From: an uncultured virus (IMG/VR IMGVR_UViG_3300037153_000351)
Taxonomy: Duplodnaviria > Heunggongvirae > Uroviricota > Caudoviricetes
Virus record (IMG/VR): IMGVR_UViG_3300037153_000351
Length of the DNA: 64,000 nucleotides
Direction: 5' to 3' (one strand)
Shown: piece after piece, positions 45,411-53,905 of the stretch
Layout: the number at the start of each line of letters is the position of its first letter
Numbering within the stretch: position 1 is the first letter of the stretch
The notes under the pieces: model-generated
The model's database searches: none
What the model was told of the DNA's origin: nothing
What the model saw: only the letters and a program-made list of their open reading frames with translations
Made by a program: the position numbers and the translations under genes

Positions 45411-46705
45411 TAGACGTTTGTCCCCTGATCGGAGGTGCCTTCGGCCTGCGGATAGTTGCCGCCGTTCATGGCGGCCGCGTTGACCAATTCGAGCGTCGAG
45501 CGCGTGCCGCTTTGATTGTCCTGTGAGAACGTCACCGCCTTGAGCATGAGCGGGCGTTGCATGATTAGCATGGGCGAGTCGACATAGACGAGCTCGCCCG
45601 GATCCCACAGGCCGCCGTTCGGCCGCTGCCATCCGACGCAAACCACGGTGACGAATATTTGGTTGGAGTCGTCGACGTTCTTCTCGATCCGAACACGGTT
45701 TTCGAGCATGGCTTTCGACCACGCCGGAATCTCTGACATCATGAGCTTGGGCAAAAACTGACTCGAAAACTGCGCCGGCGACCCGCCTTGCGAATAGGTG
45801 CCGTGGGTCGGCTTCGCGCCCCAATCGTCATCCTTGCCCGGGCGTTGTCCGCTCGACGTATAGGGTTGCCCGCCGCCGCTGCCGCCGCCGGCCTGCGGGA
45901 AATTGCCGCCGGCCGCGATCTGGCGATTGTGAATGACCTCGCGGCCGATCAGAATATTTTTGCCCTCGACCACGGCCGGCATTCCGGAGTCATTGATCAT
46001 GCCGCGAATGAGATATGAGCCGTCATTCGATTCGCCGGTGAGCGCGTTTTTCGCCCGCGCGTATTTCTCGACGAACTCCGCGACCGTCTCGCCCGGTTGC
46101 GAGTTCGCGCGCGGGATCTTCGAGCCGTCGATTGTCCCCAACGTTTTGAGCTTGATCCCATAGGGCGCGATCGCCGACTTGGCGATTTCCACGAGCGATT
46201 TATTGTTCCACTCACCGGTCGGCGAAATCACCGTGCCGCGGCCGAGCACGTCGGTATTGCCGACGGATTGGATCTCGACCGAGTGTTGGGTCGCGTCGTA
46301 GTAGACTTGCCGCGTCGCGACCTGCCCGGTGATCACGAGCATGCCGTCGAGATAGACCTCACACTTATCGCCCGGGCGGATGCGAAGGAACGCCCAATCC
46401 TGCGCCCACGGGGTTTGCTCCGAGCATGTGAGGCGACATTGCCGCGGCGGTTTACCGTACCATTCGATCCGCACGTACACCGATTCCCACTCGAAATACT
46501 CCTCGCCGTTGATCACCACGACCGCGCGCATGAGATAGGGCGGACGGAAGAATGCTTTCGTGCTGCGGTTCGTGCCGCCCTGCGGTGTGTCGCGGCCCTC
46601 GCCGCCGGTACTGTTGCCCTCCGATGCCTTGCCTTCCGGCGCAGCATCGGATCCGGGCGTATCGGTTTCGGGCGTAACGATGACTTCGGGAAGATCTTCG
46701 GCCAT
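45410..46705 (-). CDS. baseplate hub, Mu gpP/gp44-like
   Basis: INGEEYFEWESV..IRPGDKCEVYLDG..QPGETV..VGWQRPNGGLW..GTRSTLEL. Confidence 0.88.
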   Translation of the reverse strand: MAEDLPEVIVTPETDTPGSDAAPEGKASEGNSTGGEGRDTPQGGTNRSTKAFFRPPYLMRAVVVINGEEYFEWESVYVRIEWYGKPPRQCRLTCSEQTPWAQDWAFLRIRPGDKCEVYLDGMLVITGQVATRQVYYDATQHSVEIQSVGNTDVLGRGTVISPTGEWNNKSLVEIAKSAIAPYGIKLKTLGTIDGSKIPRANSQPGETVAEFVEKYARAKNALTGESNDGSYLIRGMINDSGMPAVVEGKNILIGREVIHNRQIAAGGNFPQAGGGSGGGQPYTSSGQRPGKDDDWGAKPTHGTYSQGGSPAQFSSQFLPKLMMSEIPAWSKAMLENRVRIEKNVDDSNQIFVTVVCVGWQRPNGGLWDPGELVYVDSPMLIMQRPLMLKAVTFSQDNQSGTRSTLELVNAAAMNGGNYPQAEGTSDQGTNV

Positions 46706-49557
46706 TAGGCTTGCGCGTAATTATTCCAATCGGACGTCCCCTCGCCGCCGTTCTCGCCCATCTGCGGGGTTTGTCGGAGCGAGGCGTCAATGAATTTCTT
46801 GTCCTTGGCGGCGTGCTTTTGCGACTTGCCCTTGACCTCGACATTGACCTTTGCGCCGCCGAGGTCGGAGCGTTTCTTGCGCTCCGGTGGCAAGGGGATA
46901 TCTTGGCTCGCGCGGTTGCTCGACCGCCCGGTCACCCTATCGCGCTCCGTTTGGTCGACCGGATTTCGCATGCCGCGGTCGAGCGCGTCGCGCAATGCTT
47001 TTGACCCGCGATAGATCCCCGGAGCGCCGCCACGGGACGGGCCCACGACGTCGAGGTGGATCCAGTTCGGGCCCATGTAACTCTGTTCCGCGCCGCCGCC
47101 CTTGACGCCTGCGCGGCCGGCGGCCTCGACGAAATCGAGCGCCCGCTTGTCCGTGTGCGGAACGACGTTGCCCTTTTCGTCGACGAGATCGAAATCAGCG
47201 GCGTCGCCGTAATCGTGCCGATGCGAGCCCGTGCGGTTCGGGCCGCTTCCCGGTTGCCCGCCGGATTTGACCCGCACCGTGAGGCCGGTCATCGCGGAGG
47301 CGTATTCAAGCGCGCCCCGCAGTGCCGCGCTAATCGGTTGCCTGCGCATCCGAGCCTCGCGAGCCTGATCCTCGATCACGCGGCCGGTGCCGCCACTCTG
47401 CCCGCCTTGATCCCCGGGCGTACGTTCGTTACCCGGGCCCCGCACCGCGCGTTGAATGTCTGAAATCTGCATTTGCCGCGGGCCGTCGCCTGTCGTTGGC
47501 CCGTGCAATGTTTTCAACTTCCCGCGCACGCCCGCCGGCCATTGTGCATTCGTCCGGTTCGGATCGTTGCTCGCCCCGGGCGGGGCCCAAACTCTTCCGA
47601 GCTTGTCTATATCGCCACCGGCCTCTTTATAACGCCGGCCCGCCGAGCGCGCGGCGTCGGAAATGCCTTCCTCCGGCGTAGCATAAGTGACATATCGGCC
47701 ATTCTTGAAAATGCCCGCAGGATTATATTTGGTGCGGGCCATCGGCGAGCGGCCATTGTTCGTCTCGAAAGCAATCATGCTCGCAAAAACCGACGGGGGA
47801 ATTCCGTTCTTCTGCGCCTCACGCACGATTGTGTCGTATTGGTTGGCAAACACACCTCCGGAGAACATTTTATTGAAGGCGTCGCGGCTCAAATCGTTGC
47901 CGCCTTCTTGTCCCGCCGGCGCATTCGAGTCGAGCCCGGGCTGTTGCGCCAACGATTCCGGCGCTTGCCCGGGCGAGGTCGGGATGTTGAACGACGAGGT
48001 GAGTTGATCGCCGCCCGCGCTCGTGCCCGTGCCGCCCCCGCCGCCCGCGCCGCCGCCACCTCCCCCACCTCCGCCGCCTCCTCCTCCTCCGCCGCCGCCG
48101 CCACCTCCATAGCCCCCGCCTCCGCCGCCAAATCCCCCTCCGCCGCCCGGTGAAAAGCTCGCGAGTTGGAACCCGGGAGGCCGGCCGCCAGTCGCCGCGG
48201 GGGCCTCGGTTTGATTTCGGATCCACGCCAGAATGTCACGGATCTCGACGAGGGTGACATTGCCCTCTTGTTCCTTAATGCTGATCTCGCGCAACAGGCC
48301 CGGGCCGCCGCCGACCGACCCGGTAAAGCTCATTCGCTTCGCGCCTTGCTCGAATTGCTGTTTGAGTTGATATTCGCCTTCCTCACGTTGCAGCCTCCTA
48401 AGCTCGTCCTCCCATGCCTTGCGCTGCGCGTCCGATGGTTTGCCCCCGCTTGGTGACGTCCCCCTGCCGCCGAGCAATTGGTCGAGATCTTTCATTCGGC
48501 CTTGTCGCTTTTTGGAATCTTCCTCCGCTCCGCCCGTGCCCGGTATGAGCCGGATAATTTTCAACATCACCTCAAGCACGGTGTTGAGCTTGGGCAACAC
48601 GAATTCGAGAACGTTATCCTTGACCCGATTCCACAGGTTCGAGGCCGCGGTCGTGAGCTTGATATAATTCTGATTCAATCGCTCTTGCTGTTCGGAGAGT
48701 TGTCTCGCCTGTTCCTCGGTTCGCCGATAAACTTCGGGCAACGTGCGCCGCGCCCGATCCCATTGCATTAGAATTTCCGGCGGGATCCCCAACGCCTGCG
48801 CGACGTAGCGTTGCACCTTCGGCGAGAATTTCGAGATCTCCCCGACTAACCAGTCCTGCACCTCGACCATGCCCTTGCCTTGCTCGTGGAAAAGCTCACG
48901 GGCGCGGGTCGCGAGGCGCGTGGCATTCGGCCCGAACTTTTCGAGCGCCTGATACATTTCCGAGGACACGCCGCGATAGGAATCGAAAATCAATCGCGAC
49001 ATTTGCCCCATGATTTGCTCGGCTTGCTGCCGATTGGTGCCGATGGATTCGAGCACCATGCGCGAGCGACGAATTTGCGATTCGTCGGTTTCGAGCAATC
49101 GGATCTTGAGGCTTTCCAATTCTCGATTGGTGCGCACGAGCGCGGCGGTGAGGCCAACCGCGGCCGTAGCGGTGCCGCCAAGGACCGTGGCAAATGCACT
49201 AAACGCGCGGCTCGCGGTGCCAACCGACGAGGCCATTTGGCCGGCGGCCGCCGCGGTTTGATTGAGCCCGCGGGTAAGCTCGCCCGACGCCGCGCCCATG
49301 GTTTGCAGGGAACGGGTTGTCCCGGTCAACCATTCGGAGATCGAGCGCGACCAACGCGTGACGGATTCGGTAACGCCGGCATATTCCGCGCGTACGCCAC
49401 CGGATTCGCGGCGGATCTGCCGAAACCCGGTCGCGGTTTCGGAAACAATGGCGTCGACCTTCTGCCGCAACGCCTCGAATTCACCCGTGATTTGCTTTAA
49501 TCCGGGTGATAGCTCGTCGGTGAGTGTTGCGGTTAGACTCGCGCGTTCGTCGGCCAC
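46705..49557 (-). CDS. tape-measure-like protein B with lysozyme/glucosaminidase-like and M15-like peptidase domains
   Basis: Helical N-half, poly-Gly linker, AFETNNG..YNPAGI..YATPEEGI, SHRHDYGDAADF..WIHLD. Confidence 0.75.
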   Translation of the reverse strand: MADERASLTATLTDELSPGLKQITGEFEALRQKVDAIVSETATGFRQIRRESGGVRAEYAGVTESVTRWSRSISEWLTGTTRSLQTMGAASGELTRGLNQTAAAAGQMASSVGTASRAFSAFATVLGGTATAAVGLTAALVRTNRELESLKIRLLETDESQIRRSRMVLESIGTNRQQAEQIMGQMSRLIFDSYRGVSSEMYQALEKFGPNATRLATRARELFHEQGKGMVEVQDWLVGEISKFSPKVQRYVAQALGIPPEILMQWDRARRTLPEVYRRTEEQARQLSEQQERLNQNYIKLTTAASNLWNRVKDNVLEFVLPKLNTVLEVMLKIIRLIPGTGGAEEDSKKRQGRMKDLDQLLGGRGTSPSGGKPSDAQRKAWEDELRRLQREEGEYQLKQQFEQGAKRMSFTGSVGGGPGLLREISIKEQEGNVTLVEIRDILAWIRNQTEAPAATGGRPPGFQLASFSPGGGGGFGGGGGGYGGGGGGGGGGGGGGGGGGGGAGGGGGTGTSAGGDQLTSSFNIPTSPGQAPESLAQQPGLDSNAPAGQEGGNDLSRDAFNKMFSGGVFANQYDTIVREAQKNGIPPSVFASMIAFETNNGRSPMARTKYNPAGIFKNGRYVTYATPEEGISDAARSAGRRYKEAGGDIDKLGRVWAPPGASNDPNRTNAQWPAGVRGKLKTLHGPTTGDGPRQMQISDIQRAVRGPGNERTPGDQGGQSGGTGRVIEDQAREARMRRQPISAALRGALEYASAMTGLTVRVKSGGQPGSGPNRTGSHRHDYGDAADFDLVDEKGNVVPHTDKRALDFVEAAGRAGVKGGGAEQSYMGPNWIHLDVVGPSRGGAPGIYRGSKALRDALDRGMRNPVDQTERDRVTGRSSNRASQDIPLPPERKKRSDLGGAKVNVEVKGKSQKHAAKDKKFIDASLRQTPQMGENGGEGTSDWNNYAQA

Positions 49558-52109
49558 TAGGCGACATTCCTCATTTCATCGTCGTCATCGTCCATCATAT
49601 TTTCCTGCCGGAACGACAGGCCGTCCTCGAACGCCCCATCGGCGGAGGCTTGCGCTTTCACCATGCCAATCGGCGCGCGGATATTGATGGCGATGCGCGC
49701 GTGCGGCGAGGGATCGGCGGCTGGCGATATGAGATCGGAATCAAATTCCCGATCTTGCGTGGCGCGTTGCACATCAATTGTACGATGCGGCCCGCCCGCC
49801 ACCTCGACGCCGCCGAGCGGTTGCATATCCGGGCCTTGCGGTTGATATCCGCGCCCCCTTGACGGTGCAATGATCGGCGACAATTGCGGGAGCGTCGGCG
49901 CTTCCCACGGCGGCATTTTTTGTTCTGCCCCAACATCACTCGGACGGCCAAGATCCTCGCGGTCGCCTCCCGTCGACGTATCTTGTGTGGCAGCCGCCAT
50001 TTGCATGTCGCCGCCGACGCCCGCCCGCACAGTTTCCGGCGGAGCTTGCGGGGCCGGTTGCTGTGGGCCCGCCGGCGCTTGTTGCTGCGGTGCCGCCGGC
50101 GCTTGCTGCGGGGCCGGTTGCTGCCCGCCGCTCTCCGATTTCTTGGGGCTCGTGCGCGCGGGTTGTCCGCCGCGCGGGAGATTCTTGGGATCGTAACCGT
50201 GCTCTTTTCGCGGGCTTATGATCTGACTGCCGCGTTGTCCGGGTTGGCCGCGCCAGCGTTCATAGTGCAAATGCGGGACGCCGTTCGCCGTGCCGCTCGT
50301 GCCGATCTTCGTTCCGCCGGTGACCTTGTCGCCGACTTTGAAATAGCGATCCCGCATATGCAGCATACGGGTAAAGGTGCCGTCGGCATGCTGGATCGTC
50401 ATCGTCGGTTGCCCGAAATTATCGGTGCCGGTTTTGACGACCGTGCCATCCTTCGGCGCAAATACGGGCGACCCGATCGGGGCCATGATATCGTCGCCTT
50501 GATGGCGACCCGCGCCCATGCTCGCGCTCGTGCCGCCGACGCCGCCGCCTAACGAGGTGCCCGTGATCGGGTCATAGAGCGCGCCCTCGCCCCCGGGCCC
50601 CGTGATCGGGTTGCTATCATTGCCGCCTTGCGGCGTCGAGGAGTCGCCGCCCCCGCCTCCTCCTCCTCCTCCGCCGCCGCCGCCACCTCCATAGCCCCCG
50701 CCTCCGCCGCCTCCGCCCCATCCGCCGGTGCCGCCGCCGCCGCCGAAACCGGCGAGCATGACCTGTGCCCCGCCCGCGCCGCCTTGCTGATTTCGGATCC
50801 AATCAAGAATGTCGCGGATCTCGACGAGAGTCTTATTGCCTTCGCTTTCCTTGGTCGAGATCTCACGGAGCGATATCGGTTGCGCGCCCGTGCCCGCGCC
50901 CGCCCCCGGGTCGTAGCTCATGCGCCGGCGGAGCTCGTCCCGCCCCTGTTCGCGCAAGAGCTTTTCGAGGAATTGCGGATTCGGCGCAACGTTGCGCTTC
51001 GTCCATTCGTCCGGGTTCTCGATAATGCGCCGTTGCCGCTCGATTTCCTCGCGCCGCATTTCCGGCGTCCAATATTTCGAATCCAATTGCCGCAAAACAT
51101 TTTCCAGAACGAAATTGATTGCCGGATAAAGGTACTCGAAAAACGCGTCACGGATGCGGCGGAACAGATTGTCAAACGCGGTGCCGATGTTCGTCGTCAA
51201 TTGCTGCATCCGCAAAGCTTCTTTTTCGAGCCGCGCCTCGCGATCTGCGGTTCGCGCGTAAATGTCGGGCAATTGCGCGCGCGCCCTTTCGTGCTGCATC
51301 ATGATTTCGGGCGCGAGGCCAAGCGATTGCCACATGAAGCGTTGCACGTTCGGGGCCTGCCGCGAGATCTCGCGCGCGAGAGTTTCGATGCCGCCGACCG
51401 TACCCTTGCCTTGCTCGTGCACGGCCTTGCGCACGCGTTCGGCGATCTGAATTCCGCCGATCCCGAACTTTTCCAACGCTTGAAACAGATCCGATTGCGT
51501 GCCGCGCATCGAGTCGAATATCAGATCCGACATGCGCTCCATCATGCTGCGCGCTTGCTTTTCGTTCATGCCGAGATTTTCGAGCACCATCTGTTCGCGG
51601 CGCAGATTGGCGCTCGTCTCGTTTCCCATGCGCATGCGGAAATTGCGTTGCTCTTGCTCGGCCTCCGCGTAATAGCGGCCAAGTCGATAGAACGCATATC
51701 CGACCGCTGCGATGGCAGCGGGCACCGCGATAATTCCGGCCGTGATCGCGCCGGCGGTGCCGAGCGCACCGACGCCTGCCATGGCGCGGGTGATCCCGGT
51801 CGTGGCGAGCGAGCGGAATGCGACGTTGAGCGGGCCAAGCGCGCGAGAAACGCCGACGACGGATTCGACCGCAACGCGGGTCGCGGTTTGCATGCCGACC
51901 TTGACGAGGTCGACGCTTGCCTGTGCCCGTTTGGTTTCAACCTGCCACTTTTCAATGTCGCGCAGGATAACGCGCAGATTTGCCGTCTGCGCGTTGCTCG
52001 CTTGATGCATGCGCGAGCGGTAGTTGTCGAACTCGCGGGTGATATCCCGGAGCGAGGCCGACAGGTCATCAGTGAGGCCGATGGTTATATTTATTTTTTC
52101 GTCGGCCAT
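49557..52109 (-). CDS. tape-measure-like protein A with M23 peptidase domain
   Basis: Helical N-half, poly-Gly linker, HQGDDI..GSPVFAPKDGTV..HM..PHLHYE. Confidence 0.8.
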   Translation of the reverse strand: MADEKINITIGLTDDLSASLRDITREFDNYRSRMHQASNAQTANLRVILRDIEKWQVETKRAQASVDLVKVGMQTATRVAVESVVGVSRALGPLNVAFRSLATTGITRAMAGVGALGTAGAITAGIIAVPAAIAAVGYAFYRLGRYYAEAEQEQRNFRMRMGNETSANLRREQMVLENLGMNEKQARSMMERMSDLIFDSMRGTQSDLFQALEKFGIGGIQIAERVRKAVHEQGKGTVGGIETLAREISRQAPNVQRFMWQSLGLAPEIMMQHERARAQLPDIYARTADREARLEKEALRMQQLTTNIGTAFDNLFRRIRDAFFEYLYPAINFVLENVLRQLDSKYWTPEMRREEIERQRRIIENPDEWTKRNVAPNPQFLEKLLREQGRDELRRRMSYDPGAGAGTGAQPISLREISTKESEGNKTLVEIRDILDWIRNQQGGAGGAQVMLAGFGGGGGTGGWGGGGGGGGYGGGGGGGGGGGGGGGDSSTPQGGNDSNPITGPGGEGALYDPITGTSLGGGVGGTSASMGAGRHQGDDIMAPIGSPVFAPKDGTVVKTGTDNFGQPTMTIQHADGTFTRMLHMRDRYFKVGDKVTGGTKIGTSGTANGVPHLHYERWRGQPGQRGSQIISPRKEHGYDPKNLPRGGQPARTSPKKSESGGQQPAPQQAPAAPQQQAPAGPQQPAPQAPPETVRAGVGGDMQMAAATQDTSTGGDREDLGRPSDVGAEQKMPPWEAPTLPQLSPIIAPSRGRGYQPQGPDMQPLGGVEVAGGPHRTIDVQRATQDREFDSDLISPAADPSPHARIAINIRAPIGMVKAQASADGAFEDGLSFRQENMMDDDDDEMRNVA

Positions 52110-52111
52110 CG

Positions 52112-52334
52112 CTATCCGCCCGCTAGTTTAGCCTGCCACGCTTCCTCGAACCGATCCTTTTCGTCGAGTTGGTCGCAACGGCGAAGATACTTGCCGACCT
52201 CGCTGATAGGCTTGTCGAGGAAGATCCCCGGATCGCATCGGAAGCGCATGCCCAAGCGGAAGCAATTCAGAACGATTGCATCCGTGAGCTTTGGGGCGTC
52301 CTCCGGGCTTATACGTCCGGGACAAAAAAACCCC
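52112..52334 (-). CDS. -1 frameshift extension of the tail assembly chaperone (G-T type)
   Basis: Slippery GGGGTTTTTTTG at about 52323-52334; the -1 frame stays open to 52112 (..IVLNCFRLGMRFRCDPGIFLDKPISE..). Confidence 0.7.
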
Positions 52335-52791
52335 AAATCGTGAAGGCCGCGTTTGACCAATCCTTGGAATGCATCATGCGGATGGTGCTCGTCGGAACGC
52401 CGGCGAGGTGAGACATCATCGCCGACATGATCGGGGCCTCGAAATGAATCCCGCCCGCGCCCATGGCAACCGGATTGCCGACCCGCTCGATATCGCCGCC
52501 GGTCGGTTCCTTGAACGTGAGCTTCATCACCTTTTCGCCGTGGGCGACCACTTCCTTGCGCAGGCGGAGCGTGCATTTGCCCGGTTCCCACGTGACCCAT
52601 GGTTCCGGAGGCTTGCCGGCGTCCTCCGGGATTTCCTCCGCCTGTGGCACAGGCTCGGCCGGCGGCGGAGGCGGGGCCGCCTGCGGTTGCGGTTGCGCGG
52701 CCGCTTGTCCATTGCCCTGCGGCCGCGGTTGCTCTTGCGGGGGCGCGCCCGGAGGCGTGCCAAGCGGTGATTCAACATCAAGGAATGTCAT
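52309..52791 (-). CDS. tail assembly chaperone (Mu gp41/P2 gpE-like)
   Basis: LRKEVVAHGEKVMKLTFKEPTGGDI..LAGVP..DW..GFF; between tube and tape measure. Confidence 0.82.
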   Translation of the reverse strand: MTFLDVESPLGTPPGAPPQEQPRPQGNGQAAAQPQPQAAPPPPPAEPVPQAEEIPEDAGKPPEPWVTWEPGKCTLRLRKEVVAHGEKVMKLTFKEPTGGDIERVGNPVAMGAGGIHFEAPIMSAMMSHLAGVPTSTIRMMHSKDWSNAAFTIWGFFVPDV

Positions 52792-52820
52792 TGTTTTTGC
52801 GCCGTGAGGTTAGAGGGAAA

Positions 52821-52844
52821 ATAGTGAAAGCACGCTTTCACTAT
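52821..52844 (-). terminator. hairpin immediately after the tail tube gene
   Basis: ATAGTGAAAGC-AC-GCTTTCACTAT. Confidence 0.55.
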
Positions 52845-53209
52845 TACGGAAGGATTTCGTCGCACTGGACTCCCTCGAAGCGGGCCCGGAATTGACCCTC
52901 CCGGGCGTTCACTTCAAGGGCAGCGCGACAACACGCTTGCCGCAGAACGAACGTCGTTTCGTTGGCGAGCTCGGCGGTCACCGTGGAGTCCACGATGTTT
53001 GCGATGCTTTCAACCGAAAGCCCTTGCAAAGTCGAGAAATCGCCCTCGATATAGGGGACGCGGGGAAGCTCGGAATATCCGTGGACATAATCCTGCCCCG
53101 CGATCATTGCCCTTTCAAAGGGTGAGGGTGAGACAGTAAGGTTTCCGCGGAGAGGATATTGGTTCCCGTCGACCTTGAGGTAGGCGATTCCTGCAATGCG
53201 TTGCGCCAT
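52844..53209 (-). CDS. tail tube protein (Mu gpM-like)
   Basis: RIAGIAYLKVDG..GQDYVHGYSELP..PYIE..TVTAELAN..FEG. Confidence 0.9.
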   Translation of the reverse strand: MAQRIAGIAYLKVDGNQYPLRGNLTVSPSPFERAMIAGQDYVHGYSELPRVPYIEGDFSTLQGLSVESIANIVDSTVTAELANETTFVLRQACCRAALEVNAREGQFRARFEGVQCDEILP

Positions 53210-53227
53210 AGTTGAGTCTCCCTTTCC

Positions 53228-53890
53228 TTAGAGGAATGTCGTGCAGTCGCGCACGATCCCGACATCGAACGGCAAACGATTGCCCTTCGCTTGATTGAGC
53301 GCGGCCGGGACAACGCGCAAATTCCATGGAACGTGCAAACCGCACGACGTCGGGTGGATCAGCGGATAAACGTGATCCACCTCATGCGGCACGCCCGTCC
53401 TGCAACTCAAGTCGGCGGCGATGGCGTAAAGCGCCTCGATATGCGCGCTATTCGCCCACGGCGGACAACCGCGTTTCTTGCGGCGCGCATAACGCACCAT
53501 GTCGCGATTGTTCTTCGCGGCCTTTGCATGCGGGTTGTCGCGCACATAAGCCGCTGCCCGCGTAACCTGCACGGCCGGATCCCTCGCGTACCATTTCCGA
53601 AAGCGTTTCTTGCGACACTCGCGGCATTCGGCGGAGAGATAGGCTTTGCCGTCAACTCGTAACGGATTGAAAAATTCCGCCGTGTTCGGGAATGTTTGTT
53701 TACATGCCGTGCATTGACCGGGCGGCCGTTCCTTCCGTTTGCTGTTCGGATTGGCCGCCCATTTTTTGGCGTTTCGCGCCGCATTCTTTTTGGCAAGACG
53801 CGCCGCCTTCGCTTCCGGAGTTTCCCTTTCCCGAAAGCGGCGCGCCCATTCACGCTTTATTCGTCTAACGTTTTCTTTATCGCGCGGCAT
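53228..53890 (-). CDS. free-standing HNH homing endonuclease
   Basis: CTAC..CREC; PPWA..HEVDHVYPL..CGLHVPWNLRVVPAALNQAKGN. Confidence 0.88.
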   Translation of the reverse strand: MPRDKENVRRIKREWARRFRERETPEAKAARLAKKNAARNAKKWAANPNSKRKERPPGQCTACKQTFPNTAEFFNPLRVDGKAYLSAECRECRKKRFRKWYARDPAVQVTRAAAYVRDNPHAKAAKNNRDMVRYARRKKRGCPPWANSAHIEALYAIAADLSCRTGVPHEVDHVYPLIHPTSCGLHVPWNLRVVPAALNQAKGNRLPFDVGIVRDCTTFL

Positions 53891-53905
53891 TACAACTCCG
53901 GATAG

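Noticed and set aside
50628..52343. 571-aa plus-strand ORF
   Set aside because: Antisense shadow of tape-measure-like gene A in high-GC DNA
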